Shown here: positions 10,293 to 20,609 of the stretch, piece by piece
How positions within the stretch are numbered: position 1 is the stretch's first letter
How the letters are laid out: each line of letters starts with the position of its first letter
Origin: Alphaproteobacteria bacterium
Lineage (GTDB): Bacteria; Pseudomonadota; Alphaproteobacteria; Bin95
Reading direction: 5' to 3'
DNA length: 64,000 bases
Assembly: GCA_030833925.1 (NCBI GenBank)
Contig: JAURGE010000005.1
Span: 4,654 to 68,653 of the forward strand
Position numbers and translations under genes: made by a program
Notes under the pieces: generated by a model
What the model saw: the letters and a program-made list of their open reading frames with translations, nothing else
Database searches by the model: none
Told to the model about the DNA's origin: nothing

Positions 10293-11834
10293 ATGATGGC
10301 GGGAAATGAAAATGCTGCATTGTACTTCATCGATCGACATGCTGAAGGAGCCCTAAAGGATAAAATAGCTTTCGTTGAGAGCGATGCGGGCGGTGAAACA
10401 ATCACTTATAAAGATCTAAAGGATCAAACTAATCGCATGGTTGGTCTTCTGAGGCGTTACGGGTTACGCCAGGAAGACCGTCTCGCACTATTGGCACTAG
10501 ATGAAATCGCCTGGCCAGTTGCCTTCTGGGGAGCGTTAAAGGCTGGTGTTGTTCCAGTTGCACTTAATACCTTGCTCTCCGCTGAAGTATACGGCGTCAT
10601 ACTCAAAGACTGTAGGCCGCGAGCGATGGTTGTTTCGGCTGTTCTTTATCCGACAGTTGCGCCCATCTTAAAGGATATTCCATCTCTTCAAACAGTATTC
10701 GTTATTGGAGGTCAAACTCCAGAAAACACTTCCAATTTTCTCGAAGAATTATCACAAAGCTCAGCGGAACCAGCAATTAACGTATCTGGAGACGAGTGTG
10801 CTTTTTGGCTTTATTCCTCCGGTTCTACTGGCCAACCAAAAGGCGTTCGTCATGTACACAGCAGCCTAAAGGCAACAGCAGATACCTATGGAAGGCAAGT
10901 GCTTGGCATTGAGGAAACAGACGTTGTTTATTCTGTTGCGAAACTCTTTTTTGCCTATGGATTAGGGAATGCAATGACATTCCCGATGTCTGTTGGAGCA
11001 ACAACGGTTCTTTTCTCAGGACGGCCCACACCTGCCTCCGCCTCTGAAATTTTGACAAATCACCGTCCCTCCATTTTCTGCGGAGTTCCAACTTTATACG
11101 CGGCCATGGTTGCTTATCTACAAGGACTTGAGAAATTGCCTGCAGCCCCACTTAGACGCTGTATCTCAGCGGGTGAGGCATTACCAGAAGATGTTGGGAA
11201 ACGCTGGGCTGGTATGTGGAATTGTGACATCCTTGATGGTGTAGGCTCAACTGAGATGCTTCATATTTTCCTGTCTAATTCGCCAGCTGATGTGGTTTAC
11301 GGCACATCAGGCAATGCAGTCCCAGGTTATGATCTGCGGCTAGTGGATGAAATTGGACTTGAAGTGACGGGTGACGCAATTGGTGAACTGTTAGTTAGAG
11401 GTGCCTCTGCTGCTGATGGTTACTGGAACCAACGCGATCGGAGCCGTCTCACCTTTGAGGGAGAGTGGACCCACACTGGCGATAAATACTACCGCGATAA
11501 ATCTGGGCGTTACGTCTATTGTGGGCGTACTGATGACATGTTTAAGGTTAGTGGCATTTGGCTCTCACCTTTTGAGGTTGAACAAGCACTGATCAGTCAC
11601 GACGCGGTTTTAGAAGCTGCTGTTGTAGCCCACCGCGATGAGGATGGCTTGGAAAAACCTCTCGCACATGTGGTTCTTAAATCCGGTTTGGGGGATGCTG
11701 CAACTGCCGATATCCTTAAAGATCATGTGAAACAGAAAATAGGGCTTTGGAAATATCCGCGTTGGATCAAATTCGTAGATGAGCTGCCAAAGACAGCAAC
11801 AGGAAAAATTCAACGTTTCAAGCTAAGGGATTGA
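10293..11834 (+). CDS. Benzoate-CoA ligase family protein
   Basis: FWLYSSGSTGQPKG, AKLFFAYGLGN, SAGEALP, DGVGSTEMLHIF, WTHTGDKY, terminal TGKIQRFKLR; AAGGAG RBS. Confidence 0.92.
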   Translation: MMAGNENAALYFIDRHAEGALKDKIAFVESDAGGETITYKDLKDQTNRMVGLLRRYGLRQEDRLALLALDEIAWPVAFWGALKAGVVPVALNTLLSAEVYGVILKDCRPRAMVVSAVLYPTVAPILKDIPSLQTVFVIGGQTPENTSNFLEELSQSSAEPAINVSGDECAFWLYSSGSTGQPKGVRHVHSSLKATADTYGRQVLGIEETDVVYSVAKLFFAYGLGNAMTFPMSVGATTVLFSGRPTPASASEILTNHRPSIFCGVPTLYAAMVAYLQGLEKLPAAPLRRCISAGEALPEDVGKRWAGMWNCDILDGVGSTEMLHIFLSNSPADVVYGTSGNAVPGYDLRLVDEIGLEVTGDAIGELLVRGASAADGYWNQRDRSRLTFEGEWTHTGDKYYRDKSGRYVYCGRTDDMFKVSGIWLSPFEVEQALISHDAVLEAAVVAHRDEDGLEKPLAHVVLKSGLGDAATADILKDHVKQKIGLWKYPRWIKFVDELPKTATGKIQRFKLRD

Positions 11835-12641
11835 TTGAGGTTAATGGTGGCGTTCGATTGGCGGCCAAAAGAACGTCAAACTCTGACTGTTCAAGGCACG
11901 GTCTTGGAAGCGGAGGCGTTCGGTCCATCTCCTGGTGTTGCGCCGACAATTTTATTGCTGCACGAAGGCCTTGGTTGCGTTGATCTTTGGAGAGAATTTC
12001 CATCCAAACTCTCCGATAGTACAGGGTGGGGTGTGTTTGCGTGGTCTCGAGTTGGCTATGGCCGCTCACCCGTTCGGCCGCCACCTTGGCCTCTTAACTA
12101 CATGGAGCAGGAGGCGCTTCATTGGTTGCCAGAAGTTTTAGATAGTATCTCCACCCAGAATTACGTGCTCTTTGGACATAGCGATGGAGCTTCAATAGCT
12201 GCTTTTTATGGCGGCGCGATCAAGGACGAGCGGCTAAAAGGCATCATTCTGATGGCGCCACATTTTTTTACAGAACCAGGCGGGCAGGCTTCTATCGCTG
12301 CCACTCACGAGGCCTTCAGTGGTATGCTGCGTGATCGGCTTAGGCGCTATCACGAAGACGTGGATGCGACGTTTGATGGGTGGTCTGGAGCTTGGCTAGA
12401 TCCAGAATTTTTAGCATGGAATATAACTTCCAAACTAAATGGTATTTCAGTTCCAGTCCTCGCTATTCAGGGCGCTGAAGATGAGTACGGAACACTGGCC
12501 CACATTCACGAACTTGAGAAAAGGGCCAAAGCAGAGGTTCGGCTCGCTATTTTGCAAAATTGCCGTCATTCACCTCATTTAGACCAGCCTAATTTGACTC
12601 TTGATGCAGTGACTAAATTTCTTGCTGAATTGAAGGTTTGA
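11835..12641 (+). CDS. Alpha/beta hydrolase (start TTG 11835 or ATG 11844)
   Basis: LLHEGLG, GHSDGASIA nucleophile elbow, QGAEDEYGT, HSPH. Confidence 0.9.
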   Translation: MRLMVAFDWRPKERQTLTVQGTVLEAEAFGPSPGVAPTILLLHEGLGCVDLWREFPSKLSDSTGWGVFAWSRVGYGRSPVRPPPWPLNYMEQEALHWLPEVLDSISTQNYVLFGHSDGASIAAFYGGAIKDERLKGIILMAPHFFTEPGGQASIAATHEAFSGMLRDRLRRYHEDVDATFDGWSGAWLDPEFLAWNITSKLNGISVPVLAIQGAEDEYGTLAHIHELEKRAKAEVRLAILQNCRHSPHLDQPNLTLDAVTKFLAELKV

Positions 12642-12642
12642 G

Positions 12643-13053
12643 ATGGAGTGTCCTTGGCCCTCATATGCATATATTCCCGGGCAAACGCCTCGTCATGACC
12701 CGATGCTATTCGATGAATTGAAAAAACAAGCAGGAGCATGGGATTTTGGGCTCCAATTGTTGAAAGCGGGATTTTACTGGGAGTGTCATGAGGTTGTTGA
12801 GGCAGTATGGTTGCGGGCGTCCCCGAATTCCAAAGAGCAACGTGTGGCACAAGGAGTCATCCAGCTAGCTAATGCTGCTTTGAAGTGGAGGATGGGGAGA
12901 GGGAAGGCTGCACAGAGGATAGCTGCTATCGCTGCGGACCTATTTGCCTCAGTGGGATCAGAAAAAGTGCTGGGGATCAGCCCGCTTGTAGCCTCTAATA
13001 TCGCTAAAGAATTAGGAAATGGTCCTGTGCAGGTTATATCTCTCCAGGACTAA
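12643..13053 (+). CDS. DUF309 domain protein
   Basis: YAYIPGQTPRH, GFYWECHEVVEAVW, QGVIQLANA pattern. Confidence 0.8.
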   Translation: MECPWPSYAYIPGQTPRHDPMLFDELKKQAGAWDFGLQLLKAGFYWECHEVVEAVWLRASPNSKEQRVAQGVIQLANAALKWRMGRGKAAQRIAAIAADLFASVGSEKVLGISPLVASNIAKELGNGPVQVISLQD

Positions 13054-13091
13054 TTAATTTATGCACGACCTCAACTCCTCAATTGGCTTTC

Positions 13092-13976
13092 TTACATTTT
13101 TGATTGAGCCGTAAAGATGGAGCCATATCCTTGCCGGGCCCAATCAGGAGGGACGGGACAAGGCCGAGGGTCCATATGAACCATTTTTGCAGAATGACCT
13201 CGAACGATTTCGCCTGTTTTAGAGGTTGGCGTGGGTGCTGCTGTCCACGGGAAAGCATCTGCAGACGAGTAAACAAATAGTAGCAATGGTCTAGTTTTAT
13301 TTGTCTGGTTTCCTGAAGATCCATGCACAGTTCGACAGTTGATCGCAATAATTGACCCAGCAGGTCCAGTCAGTTCCACAGCGCTTTCAACGCCAGCTTC
13401 TTTTTCGTCGGTTAATCTAATTGCACCTGTCCAATTTTCGTTACTGTCATAATGCGAAAAAATTTTCCCATTGTGGCTGCATGGTACGCAGGCAAGTGGG
13501 CCCACCTCGGGTGTTACATCGTCTAAATAGATCCCTATTGTTACAGGGCTATAGTTTGTGTGAGGCCAAGCGGGAATGTCCTGGTGCCATTTTACGACCT
13601 CACCACCTCCTGGCCATTTGTAATTGAGTTTAGCGCTGTGAAATTTGACGTCGGGGCCGACCAAGTCTGCTGCGATACCCGTAATAAAATCTGAAGTTGC
13701 AACTTCCCAAAAGAATGGATGTGCATCTACTGGACGCCTAAGGCGGCGAACATGAGGCGTTTTGGAAGAATGGTTGGGCCCCAGGTCAAAAAATTCGTTT
13801 GACGTTGTGAGGTCTCGGCTTTCCTCAAGAAAATATGATGACATCTCCCTAATTTGTCTCAACAACTCAGGGGGGGTAAGCTTTGGGGCAGATGTGAACC
13901 CCTCATTAAAGTACTGGTTCCGCTGGGCGTCAGTAAGAATGTTTGAGGGATGACTAAGAATGTCTTCTGGTGTCAT
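13092..13976 (-). CDS. Phytanoyl-CoA dioxygenase (PhyH)-family Fe(II)/2OG oxygenase
   Basis: KLNYKWPGGG..WHQD (HxD), VHGS (distal His), RPLL (2OG-binding Arg). Confidence 0.88.
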   Translation of the reverse strand: MTPEDILSHPSNILTDAQRNQYFNEGFTSAPKLTPPELLRQIREMSSYFLEESRDLTTSNEFFDLGPNHSSKTPHVRRLRRPVDAHPFFWEVATSDFITGIAADLVGPDVKFHSAKLNYKWPGGGEVVKWHQDIPAWPHTNYSPVTIGIYLDDVTPEVGPLACVPCSHNGKIFSHYDSNENWTGAIRLTDEKEAGVESAVELTGPAGSIIAINCRTVHGSSGNQTNKTRPLLLFVYSSADAFPWTAAPTPTSKTGEIVRGHSAKMVHMDPRPCPVPPDWARQGYGSIFTAQSKM

Positions 13977-14066
13977 GTTTTTTCAACCATCTAAATAAAT
14001 AAAGCGGGCAAGATCACCTCAGCGTGTAGTTTTGCTCACACTTATTCGTGTTTGAAGACTACTTCT

Positions 14067-16565
14067 TCAAATATTTGTTGGGGGTAATGCTACCACTGGA
14101 TCATTTTGAATGAGAATTTTAATTTTAGGGTCTCTTTTCTGAAGTTTTTCGAAGTCCCGTCGGCTAAGAACTAAAAGTTGGCAATAGCCCAAAGATACAA
14201 CGTTCTCTTTCGTTCTTGAGAAAGATTGTTGAACTGCCGATTCACCAAAAAAGTCACCAGTTGCAAGCTGGCTTTTGTGACCGTCCTCATCTACTCCAAA
14301 AGCACCAGAGGCAATGAAAAACATTTTATTTGACCGTTTCCCAGCTTCAACAACCAATTCGCCTGGCGTGGTAAACCGGCTCTTGAGTTTTCTTGCAAGC
14401 ATACGTCTTTGTTGTCGATCCAGCGCGCGAAACATCGGCAGACCATCGAGAATTTGTCGCGCTGTGAGTGTTAAGTCGAGACGCGGTGGTGTTGCGGCCT
14501 GTCGTTCACGTTGGTCTAAATTTCGAATGAGGCTATCGTGTAGCTCCTCACCAATGACCCCATCATTAAATAATCGAAGATATTGTTGCCTTTCCCGACG
14601 GATGGCCGCACGAGCAATAAGCACCTTTTCGACTTCCAAAGCGTATACTGGATATTGGGCAGAGACGGCGTCGATCTCTTTTTCTACCGAACGATGTCGT
14701 TCCTTAAGAACGGTCACCAATTCGATAGAAGCGTAATTTCCGATCATGGGTTCGATTGTGCGACTGGTGAACTTAATCAATTCCCTAACAATACGTTCTA
14801 ATTCCAAAATAGTTATGAAGTGCTGCTCAATGCAGTGACGTAGAAGCCAGTCCATCCGAAGAAAACGTTGGGTTAACACCGCTATTCGATAGGTAAATTT
14901 GGGCCTCAGAGCAGCCTCTGATGCTTTTTTATAACCTCCGGTGCTTAAAACTCTTGCAGCGTCAGCAATTTTCTCAGACTCAAAACTCAGCGCTCTAGCT
15001 GTGGCTGCACTTATGGCTCCTTCCTCAAATGCGCGCCGAATTAGTCGTGCCTCTTGGCCTGCGGCAATTGCAAGGCCTGCCCGAAGTTGCTCATCTAAAG
15101 GGATTAGCTCCCCTCCAGCTTGTTTTTCTGCGAGAGCCTCTACCTCTTCTTTTCGCGCTCCTAGCGCCAGTTCTACAGTAGTTATAGCTTCAGGTTCCAA
15201 GTGGCGGGCACGGGCTATATCGCCAATTGCCCTTCGAACCCGTTCTAATGCGCCAGCGGCAATTTTTTCTCTTAGGGCTAAGTCAGTTCTTGAGAGTTGG
15301 TTGAGACCTAAGCGGTTGGTTAGCCAAGCTAATGTTGACGCGTTAAGAAAAATTGTAAGGAGTGTATAACACGCTGCAGACGCCGCGAGTATTAACGCGT
15401 CGGGCCCTAGGGCATTAATATCTGCAATAGCTAAAGCTAAAACTAATGTTACCGCCCCTCGAACACCTCCCCAAGTCACCAAATATGCCTGAGATTTAGT
15501 GAGCGAGGTCGTAAGGCCAATTTTTGCCATTGCGGGGATTAGCCCGAGAACGATTATTGACCTCGCGATTATCGCGCCAAGATAAGCTATTATAGTGATT
15601 GGAATTACACGCCACCCTGCTTGAAGGATCAAAGTAGGTACGAGGCTTGCGGCAATGATAGTAATTAACGCATTTGCCCAAAATCCAATTTGGGACCAGA
15701 CAATTCGAACTGTGTTCCAATTTCCAGGTCCCATGCGCGAGAACGCCAAGTGCCCGGTTGTGAGCCCAGCAAAAACGACTGAAACAACGCCGGACGCGCC
15801 AACAAATAATTCCGCGCTGATGAATGCTACATATGCGACTGCCACGGTAACAGAGGTCTCGGCTGCACTAGAACGAGCGAGATAGGGATAAACTAAAATC
15901 GCTAGAGTTGCTGTCAGGATCCCAATGCCAGCACCAGCACCGAAGCTTTTCAAAAAATCAAGAGTAAGCCCTAAGGCGGTGGTCTCTACATTTTTGGATA
16001 AGAACCCAAGTAAAAGTCCAAAAATAGCAATAGCCGCAGCATCATTTAGTAGGCTTTCACCTTCCAGGATTGAAAGTAGACGTTTTGGAGCACCAATCTC
16101 GCGGAACGTTGAAATAACTGCTCCCGGATCAGTAGTAGCGACTGCAGCACCAAGAAGTAGGCATCCAGCAGCTTGAATGGGAGTTAGAGCCCAAGTTGCT
16201 GCCCCTATCGCCGCTGTCGTCATTACTACCGCTAAAATAGCCATTACGAGTACCGCTACAGCATCGCCAATTAGCCTTCGGAGATTTACGACCAGAGCCA
16301 TTTCAAAGAGCAGCGGAGGTAAAAACACGTGAAGTAGGGCGCTCGTATCAAGAGCTAGTTGTTCGACAAACCAACGCTGATAGTTATCTAGTGCTCCTTG
16401 ATATACTTCTAACCCTGAAATCGCCGTCCCCAGTCCTATGGACAGCCCCAGAGCGGCAAACAAAACTGGTTGTGGTAAATTAAGATGACGCGCGAGCGGG
16501 GCCGCCGTTGCTGCAATTAGCAAAAGGAGGCTCAAAATACTTAATGCAAATATGACGATTGTCAT
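14067..16565 (-). CDS. CPA1 (NhaP-type) cation/H+ antiporter with C-terminal cyclic-nucleotide-binding domain
   Basis: FLPPLLFE, ATTDPGAV, EGESLLNDAAAI, WGGVRGAVTLVLAL; long helical cytosolic region; CNBD with GDFFGE. Confidence 0.9.
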   Translation of the reverse strand: MTIVIFALSILSLLLLIAATAAPLARHLNLPQPVLFAALGLSIGLGTAISGLEVYQGALDNYQRWFVEQLALDTSALLHVFLPPLLFEMALVVNLRRLIGDAVAVLVMAILAVVMTTAAIGAATWALTPIQAAGCLLLGAAVATTDPGAVISTFREIGAPKRLLSILEGESLLNDAAAIAIFGLLLGFLSKNVETTALGLTLDFLKSFGAGAGIGILTATLAILVYPYLARSSAAETSVTVAVAYVAFISAELFVGASGVVSVVFAGLTTGHLAFSRMGPGNWNTVRIVWSQIGFWANALITIIAASLVPTLILQAGWRVIPITIIAYLGAIIARSIIVLGLIPAMAKIGLTTSLTKSQAYLVTWGGVRGAVTLVLALAIADINALGPDALILAASAACYTLLTIFLNASTLAWLTNRLGLNQLSRTDLALREKIAAGALERVRRAIGDIARARHLEPEAITTVELALGARKEEVEALAEKQAGGELIPLDEQLRAGLAIAAGQEARLIRRAFEEGAISAATARALSFESEKIADAARVLSTGGYKKASEAALRPKFTYRIAVLTQRFLRMDWLLRHCIEQHFITILELERIVRELIKFTSRTIEPMIGNYASIELVTVLKERHRSVEKEIDAVSAQYPVYALEVEKVLIARAAIRRERQQYLRLFNDGVIGEELHDSLIRNLDQRERQAATPPRLDLTLTARQILDGLPMFRALDRQQRRMLARKLKSRFTTPGELVVEAGKRSNKMFFIASGAFGVDEDGHKSQLATGDFFGESAVQQSFSRTKENVVSLGYCQLLVLSRRDFEKLQKRDPKIKILIQNDPVVALPPTNI

Positions 16566-16639
16566 AACCGGGCTTGGGTGATTTCTTTTTGTTGTGTGGT
16601 TGCAGTAAGGATGTAGCAGAAGAGCAGCGTGCGGTGATC

Positions 16640-18595
16640 TTAAACTTTTAGCTCTTCTCGATCTCTAAATTGCTCCAAAGCTTCTGGGTTGTCCAAGGCT
16701 TCTTTATTTTTGATCGGACGGTTATGAACGACGTCTCGAACGGCTAGCTCTACAATTTTCCCGGAGCGGGTGCGCGGGATGTCGTGAACCTGCAAAACCT
16801 TTGAAGGGACATGTCGAGGTGATGCGCCTTGGCGGATCCGATGCTTTATGCGTTGTATCAGATCAGCATCTAGCGTCTGGCCCTCTCGGAGTTTGACGAA
16901 TAAAACTACTCGCACATCACCATCAAAATCTTGGCCAATAACGATGCTCTCTAGAACTTCCTGAAGCTGCTCGACTTGTCGATAAATTTCAGCAGTTCCT
17001 ATTCGAACACCGCCCGGATTCAAAGTTGCATCTGATCGTCCATAGATGATCATTCCCCCATGGTCCGTAAAAGCTGCAAAGTCACCGTGTCGCCAGACGT
17101 TCTCGTAGGTCGAATAATAAGCATCAAAATATCGGCTGCCATCTTGGTCATTCCAGAAACCAATTGGCATGGAAGGAAAAGGTCCCATGCAGCAGAGTTC
17201 GCCTTTCTCACCAACCGGCGCTCGGCTGCCGTCTTCAAGAAGGGTTGCGACATCCATCGCGAGTGCTGGTGCCTGGATTTCTCCGCGCCACACCGGTTGG
17301 GTTGGCACGCCTCCTACAAAACAACCGCAGAGGTCTGTTCCGCCTGAGATAGAAGCAAGACATACGTCCGCCTTCACTCTCTCGTAAACATAATCAAAGC
17401 CTTCTGGTACTAAGACTGAACCAGTTGAAAGTATTGTTTTTAGGCTCCCAAGATCATGTGTTTTTATTGGTTCTATGCCGCCTTTGAGGCAGCCTTCTAA
17501 ATACTTTGCCGAGGTGCCAAAAACATCGAATTTTTCCTCGGCGGCGTAATCCCAAAGGACATTGCCGTCTGGATGAAATGGAGATCCGTCATACAACATT
17601 AAGGTAGCGCCGGCGGCTAACCCACTGGTTTGCCAATTCCACATCATCCAACCAAGGGTAGTGAAATAGAAATGCCTCATTCCTGGCTTGATATCGGTAT
17701 GAAGAATATATTCCTTGAGGTGCTGAAGAAGTACTCCGCCAGCCTTATGGACAATGCATTTTGGTGCGCCCGTCGTGCCTGAGGAGTAGAGTATGTAGAG
17801 CGGGTGGTCGAATGGAAGCTGCACATAGTCTGGGGCAGCATCAGAATGACCATGAAGCCAATCATTCAGCGTTAAAGCCTTTGGAAGGTTTCTTAAGTCT
17901 GGCGCATTTTCTAAAAACGGAATGACAATTAACTGTTCAAGGCTATCAAGGGCTTGGGCGACATCTTTAACCTTATCCCGTATATCAATGTGTTTTCCCG
18001 CATAAACATAACCGTCAACGGTGGCCAATACTTTAGGGCGGACCTGGCCAAACCGATCCAAAACGCCTTGGACTCCAAAATCTGGAGAGCAAGAAGTCCA
18101 TGTTGCACCAATAGCAGCTGCTCCTGCCATGATTGCGATAGCTTCTGGAATATTTGGAAGGAACCCTGCTACGCGATCTCCTGGCTTAATGCCCATTGCC
18201 AGCAGGGCTCGCGATACTTTTCCGGCAAGTGCCACCAGGGCATAGCCAGACACTTCTCTTTGCAAACCGTCTTCTCGTCTGAAGATGATTGCAGCGTTTT
18301 CACTACAATAGCGCAAAAGATTTTCTGAAAAATTTAAGCGTGCATCGGGGAAGTATGCAGCTCCAGGCATCTTGTCAGGATCTACAAGAATACGGTCACC
18401 TTTTTCTTGTGAAATTACGCCTGCCCAATCCCAAAAATCTGACCAAAATGAATTTTGGTCGTTGACTGACCAGGTGTGAAGGTTTTCATAATCCGTGAAA
18501 ATTCTGCCGCGTTCTTCTCGCTGCCAGTCCATAAACGCGACAAGATTGGAGGCAGCAGATCGCTCTACTGAAGGCTTCCACAACGGATCTGTCAT
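16640..18595 (-). CDS. acsA: Acetoacetate--CoA ligase
   Basis: YILYSSGTTGAPKCIVH, SISGGTDLCGCF, GRSDATLNPGGVRIG, RTRSGKIVELAVR. Start placed at ATG 18595. Confidence 0.93.
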   Translation of the reverse strand: MTDPLWKPSVERSAASNLVAFMDWQREERGRIFTDYENLHTWSVNDQNSFWSDFWDWAGVISQEKGDRILVDPDKMPGAAYFPDARLNFSENLLRYCSENAAIIFRREDGLQREVSGYALVALAGKVSRALLAMGIKPGDRVAGFLPNIPEAIAIMAGAAAIGATWTSCSPDFGVQGVLDRFGQVRPKVLATVDGYVYAGKHIDIRDKVKDVAQALDSLEQLIVIPFLENAPDLRNLPKALTLNDWLHGHSDAAPDYVQLPFDHPLYILYSSGTTGAPKCIVHKAGGVLLQHLKEYILHTDIKPGMRHFYFTTLGWMMWNWQTSGLAAGATLMLYDGSPFHPDGNVLWDYAAEEKFDVFGTSAKYLEGCLKGGIEPIKTHDLGSLKTILSTGSVLVPEGFDYVYERVKADVCLASISGGTDLCGCFVGGVPTQPVWRGEIQAPALAMDVATLLEDGSRAPVGEKGELCCMGPFPSMPIGFWNDQDGSRYFDAYYSTYENVWRHGDFAAFTDHGGMIIYGRSDATLNPGGVRIGTAEIYRQVEQLQEVLESIVIGQDFDGDVRVVLFVKLREGQTLDADLIQRIKHRIRQGASPRHVPSKVLQVHDIPRTRSGKIVELAVRDVVHNRPIKNKEALDNPEALEQFRDREELKV

Positions 18596-18742
18596 CAGGG
18601 TAAGATCTCCAAAAATCCTCAATTCGAAAGGTATAGCCTACTTTTAACAAGCAATCAGCTTGGAATGCTTATCGTGCATAGCCGATCAGCTCTTTTAGCA
18701 CTCGTGTGAATTTAATAATTAACTATGTTCTCATACTGAAAT

Positions 18743-19693
18743 ATGAGTCATGCATCTCCCCCAGCCCGCGAAATTCGCCCGATTGCTGCTTCCCTATTTA
18801 TGCTAGGTGCTTGCTCGTTTTTTGCGTTTAATTCAATTTTTGTGAAGCTTGCTGCGGATACAGGGCTTCACCCTTTTCAAATTGCATTTTTTCGAAATTT
18901 CTTTGCCCTTCTCGTCATTCTACCAATTGTCCTTACCACGTCCGGCTATTCAATTCTTATACCCAAAAGACCAGCTATGTTGGCGCTGCGCGGTGGCCTC
19001 AATGGCGCCTCAATGATGGCATGGTTCTATGCTGTGCCTTTGATGGCTATCACTGACCTAACAGCCATTGGGTTCACTGCTCCAATTTGGGCAACACTTT
19101 TGGCGGCGATGTTTCTTGGCGAAAAAATGCGCCTGAGACGCTGGAGTGCAATTATTATTGGAATAATCGGCGCTTTACTTGTTGTTCGTCCAGGGTTTCA
19201 GGAGCTTAACTCGGCAGTATTTCTGGTTCTCTTTTCTTCTGCGACTTGGGGGGCAACTCTTATTGTAATCAGGCGCCTTACATCCTTGGAACAAATTAAT
19301 ACAATTCTTGTCTACCAAGCGCTTATGATGGCGATGATTGCCTTCGTTCCGATGTTATTTGTATGGAAAACGCCAAATTTGATGGGTTGGTTTTGGATGC
19401 TTGTACTTGGTGTCCTAGCCATGGGGGCTCACTCTCTGCATGTTCGAGCTTTTTCAATGCAGGAGGTTTCTGCCCTTCAACCCATAGACTTCGCTCGCTT
19501 TCCAATCGCAGCGACTGGGGCATTTCTTATTCTTGGTGAAGTATTAAGTCCGTGGACTGCGGTCGGTGCGCTAATTGTTTTTGCGGCTGGAGCATACATC
19601 TCCCATAGAGAAGCCATGTTAGAGAAGAGGAAGCTTACAGAAATTTCAGGGGTATCCACCCAGAGTGTTTCTGGACCAAAACATGATGATTAG
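18743..19693 (+). CDS. DMT (EamA-like) transporter
   Basis: Ten TM pattern; QIAFFRNFF, FLGEKMRLRRW, GALLVVRPG. Confidence 0.92.
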   Translation: MSHASPPAREIRPIAASLFMLGACSFFAFNSIFVKLAADTGLHPFQIAFFRNFFALLVILPIVLTTSGYSILIPKRPAMLALRGGLNGASMMAWFYAVPLMAITDLTAIGFTAPIWATLLAAMFLGEKMRLRRWSAIIIGIIGALLVVRPGFQELNSAVFLVLFSSATWGATLIVIRRLTSLEQINTILVYQALMMAMIAFVPMLFVWKTPNLMGWFWMLVLGVLAMGAHSLHVRAFSMQEVSALQPIDFARFPIAATGAFLILGEVLSPWTAVGALIVFAAGAYISHREAMLEKRKLTEISGVSTQSVSGPKHDD

Positions 19694-20609
19694 TCCAACT
19701 ACTTATGTTGATCGGCTATCGCCAATCGTGAGGGCTACTGTTTACGCTTTACTTGCCGCGCTTTTTTTCTCTTTTATGGCAATTTGCATCAGAGCTGCAA
19801 GTCATGAATTGCATCCAACAGTTATAGTTTTTTTTAGAAACATTCTTGCGTTTTTATGGATGGTCCCTTGGCTTTGCCGGGCTGGAATCAGTGCAATGCG
19901 CACAGACCGATTTCCTTTGTTCTGTATACGCAGTTTGCTGGGGCTGGTTGGAATGTCGAGCGGGTTTTGGGCGGTGACGTTAATACCCATTTCACAAGCA
20001 ACCGCTCTTTCATTCTCATCGCCTATTTTTGCAACCATTGGCGCTGCACTTTTCCTTGGTGAGGTTGTCCGAATTCGGCGTTGGAGCGCGGTAATAATTG
20101 GGTTCTTGGGAGCTATGATCGTCGTTATTGGAAATAGTGACGGAATTGCACACATTGGAGCGCTAGAACTTGGAGTAATGCTAGCACTCTTGAATGCTGT
20201 CATAATGGCATTGAATAAACTTGTTCTTAAGTCTTTAACGAGAACAGAGAAACCTGAAGCTATCGTGACCTATATGGTTTTGCTTCTCACTCCGCTTTCA
20301 TTTGTTCCGGCACTATTCTTTTGGTCTTGGCCCAGCCTAACTTGTTTTTTATGGCTCATAAGCTTGGCCCTTGTAGGGACAGTTGGGCATCTATGTATGA
20401 CACGGGCTTTTAAGTCTGCGGAGGTTACAGTAGTGCTGCCCTTTGACTTCGCCCGGTTACCTATTTCAGCTCTTTTAGCTTTTCTTATATTTGCAGAAAT
20501 CCCAACATTTTGGACTGTTTTAGGTGGTGCAGTTATTTTTGCGGCAACATTCTATATTGCGAGGCGAGAGGCAGTCTTAGCGCGAAGAGGAAACATAGTG
20601 CGTGATTAG
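19683..20609 (+). CDS. DMT (EamA-like) transporter, tandem paralog
   Basis: VIVFFRNILA, FLGEVVRIRRW, VLPFDFARLP. ATG 19683 overlaps the upstream stop. Confidence 0.92.
   Translation: MMISPTTYVDRLSPIVRATVYALLAALFFSFMAICIRAASHELHPTVIVFFRNILAFLWMVPWLCRAGISAMRTDRFPLFCIRSLLGLVGMSSGFWAVTLIPISQATALSFSSPIFATIGAALFLGEVVRIRRWSAVIIGFLGAMIVVIGNSDGIAHIGALELGVMLALLNAVIMALNKLVLKSLTRTEKPEAIVTYMVLLLTPLSFVPALFFWSWPSLTCFLWLISLALVGTVGHLCMTRAFKSAEVTVVLPFDFARLPISALLAFLIFAEIPTFWTVLGGAVIFAATFYIARREAVLARRGNIVRD

Noticed and set aside
11826-11846. In-frame TGA directly followed by TTG between benzoate-CoA ligase and the hydrolase (possible read-through fusion or Sec)
   Set aside because: The TGA follows the canonical terminal KIQRFKLR motif, there is no Cys-motif context, and the hydrolase has its own plausible starts. 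Simple translational coupling explains it.
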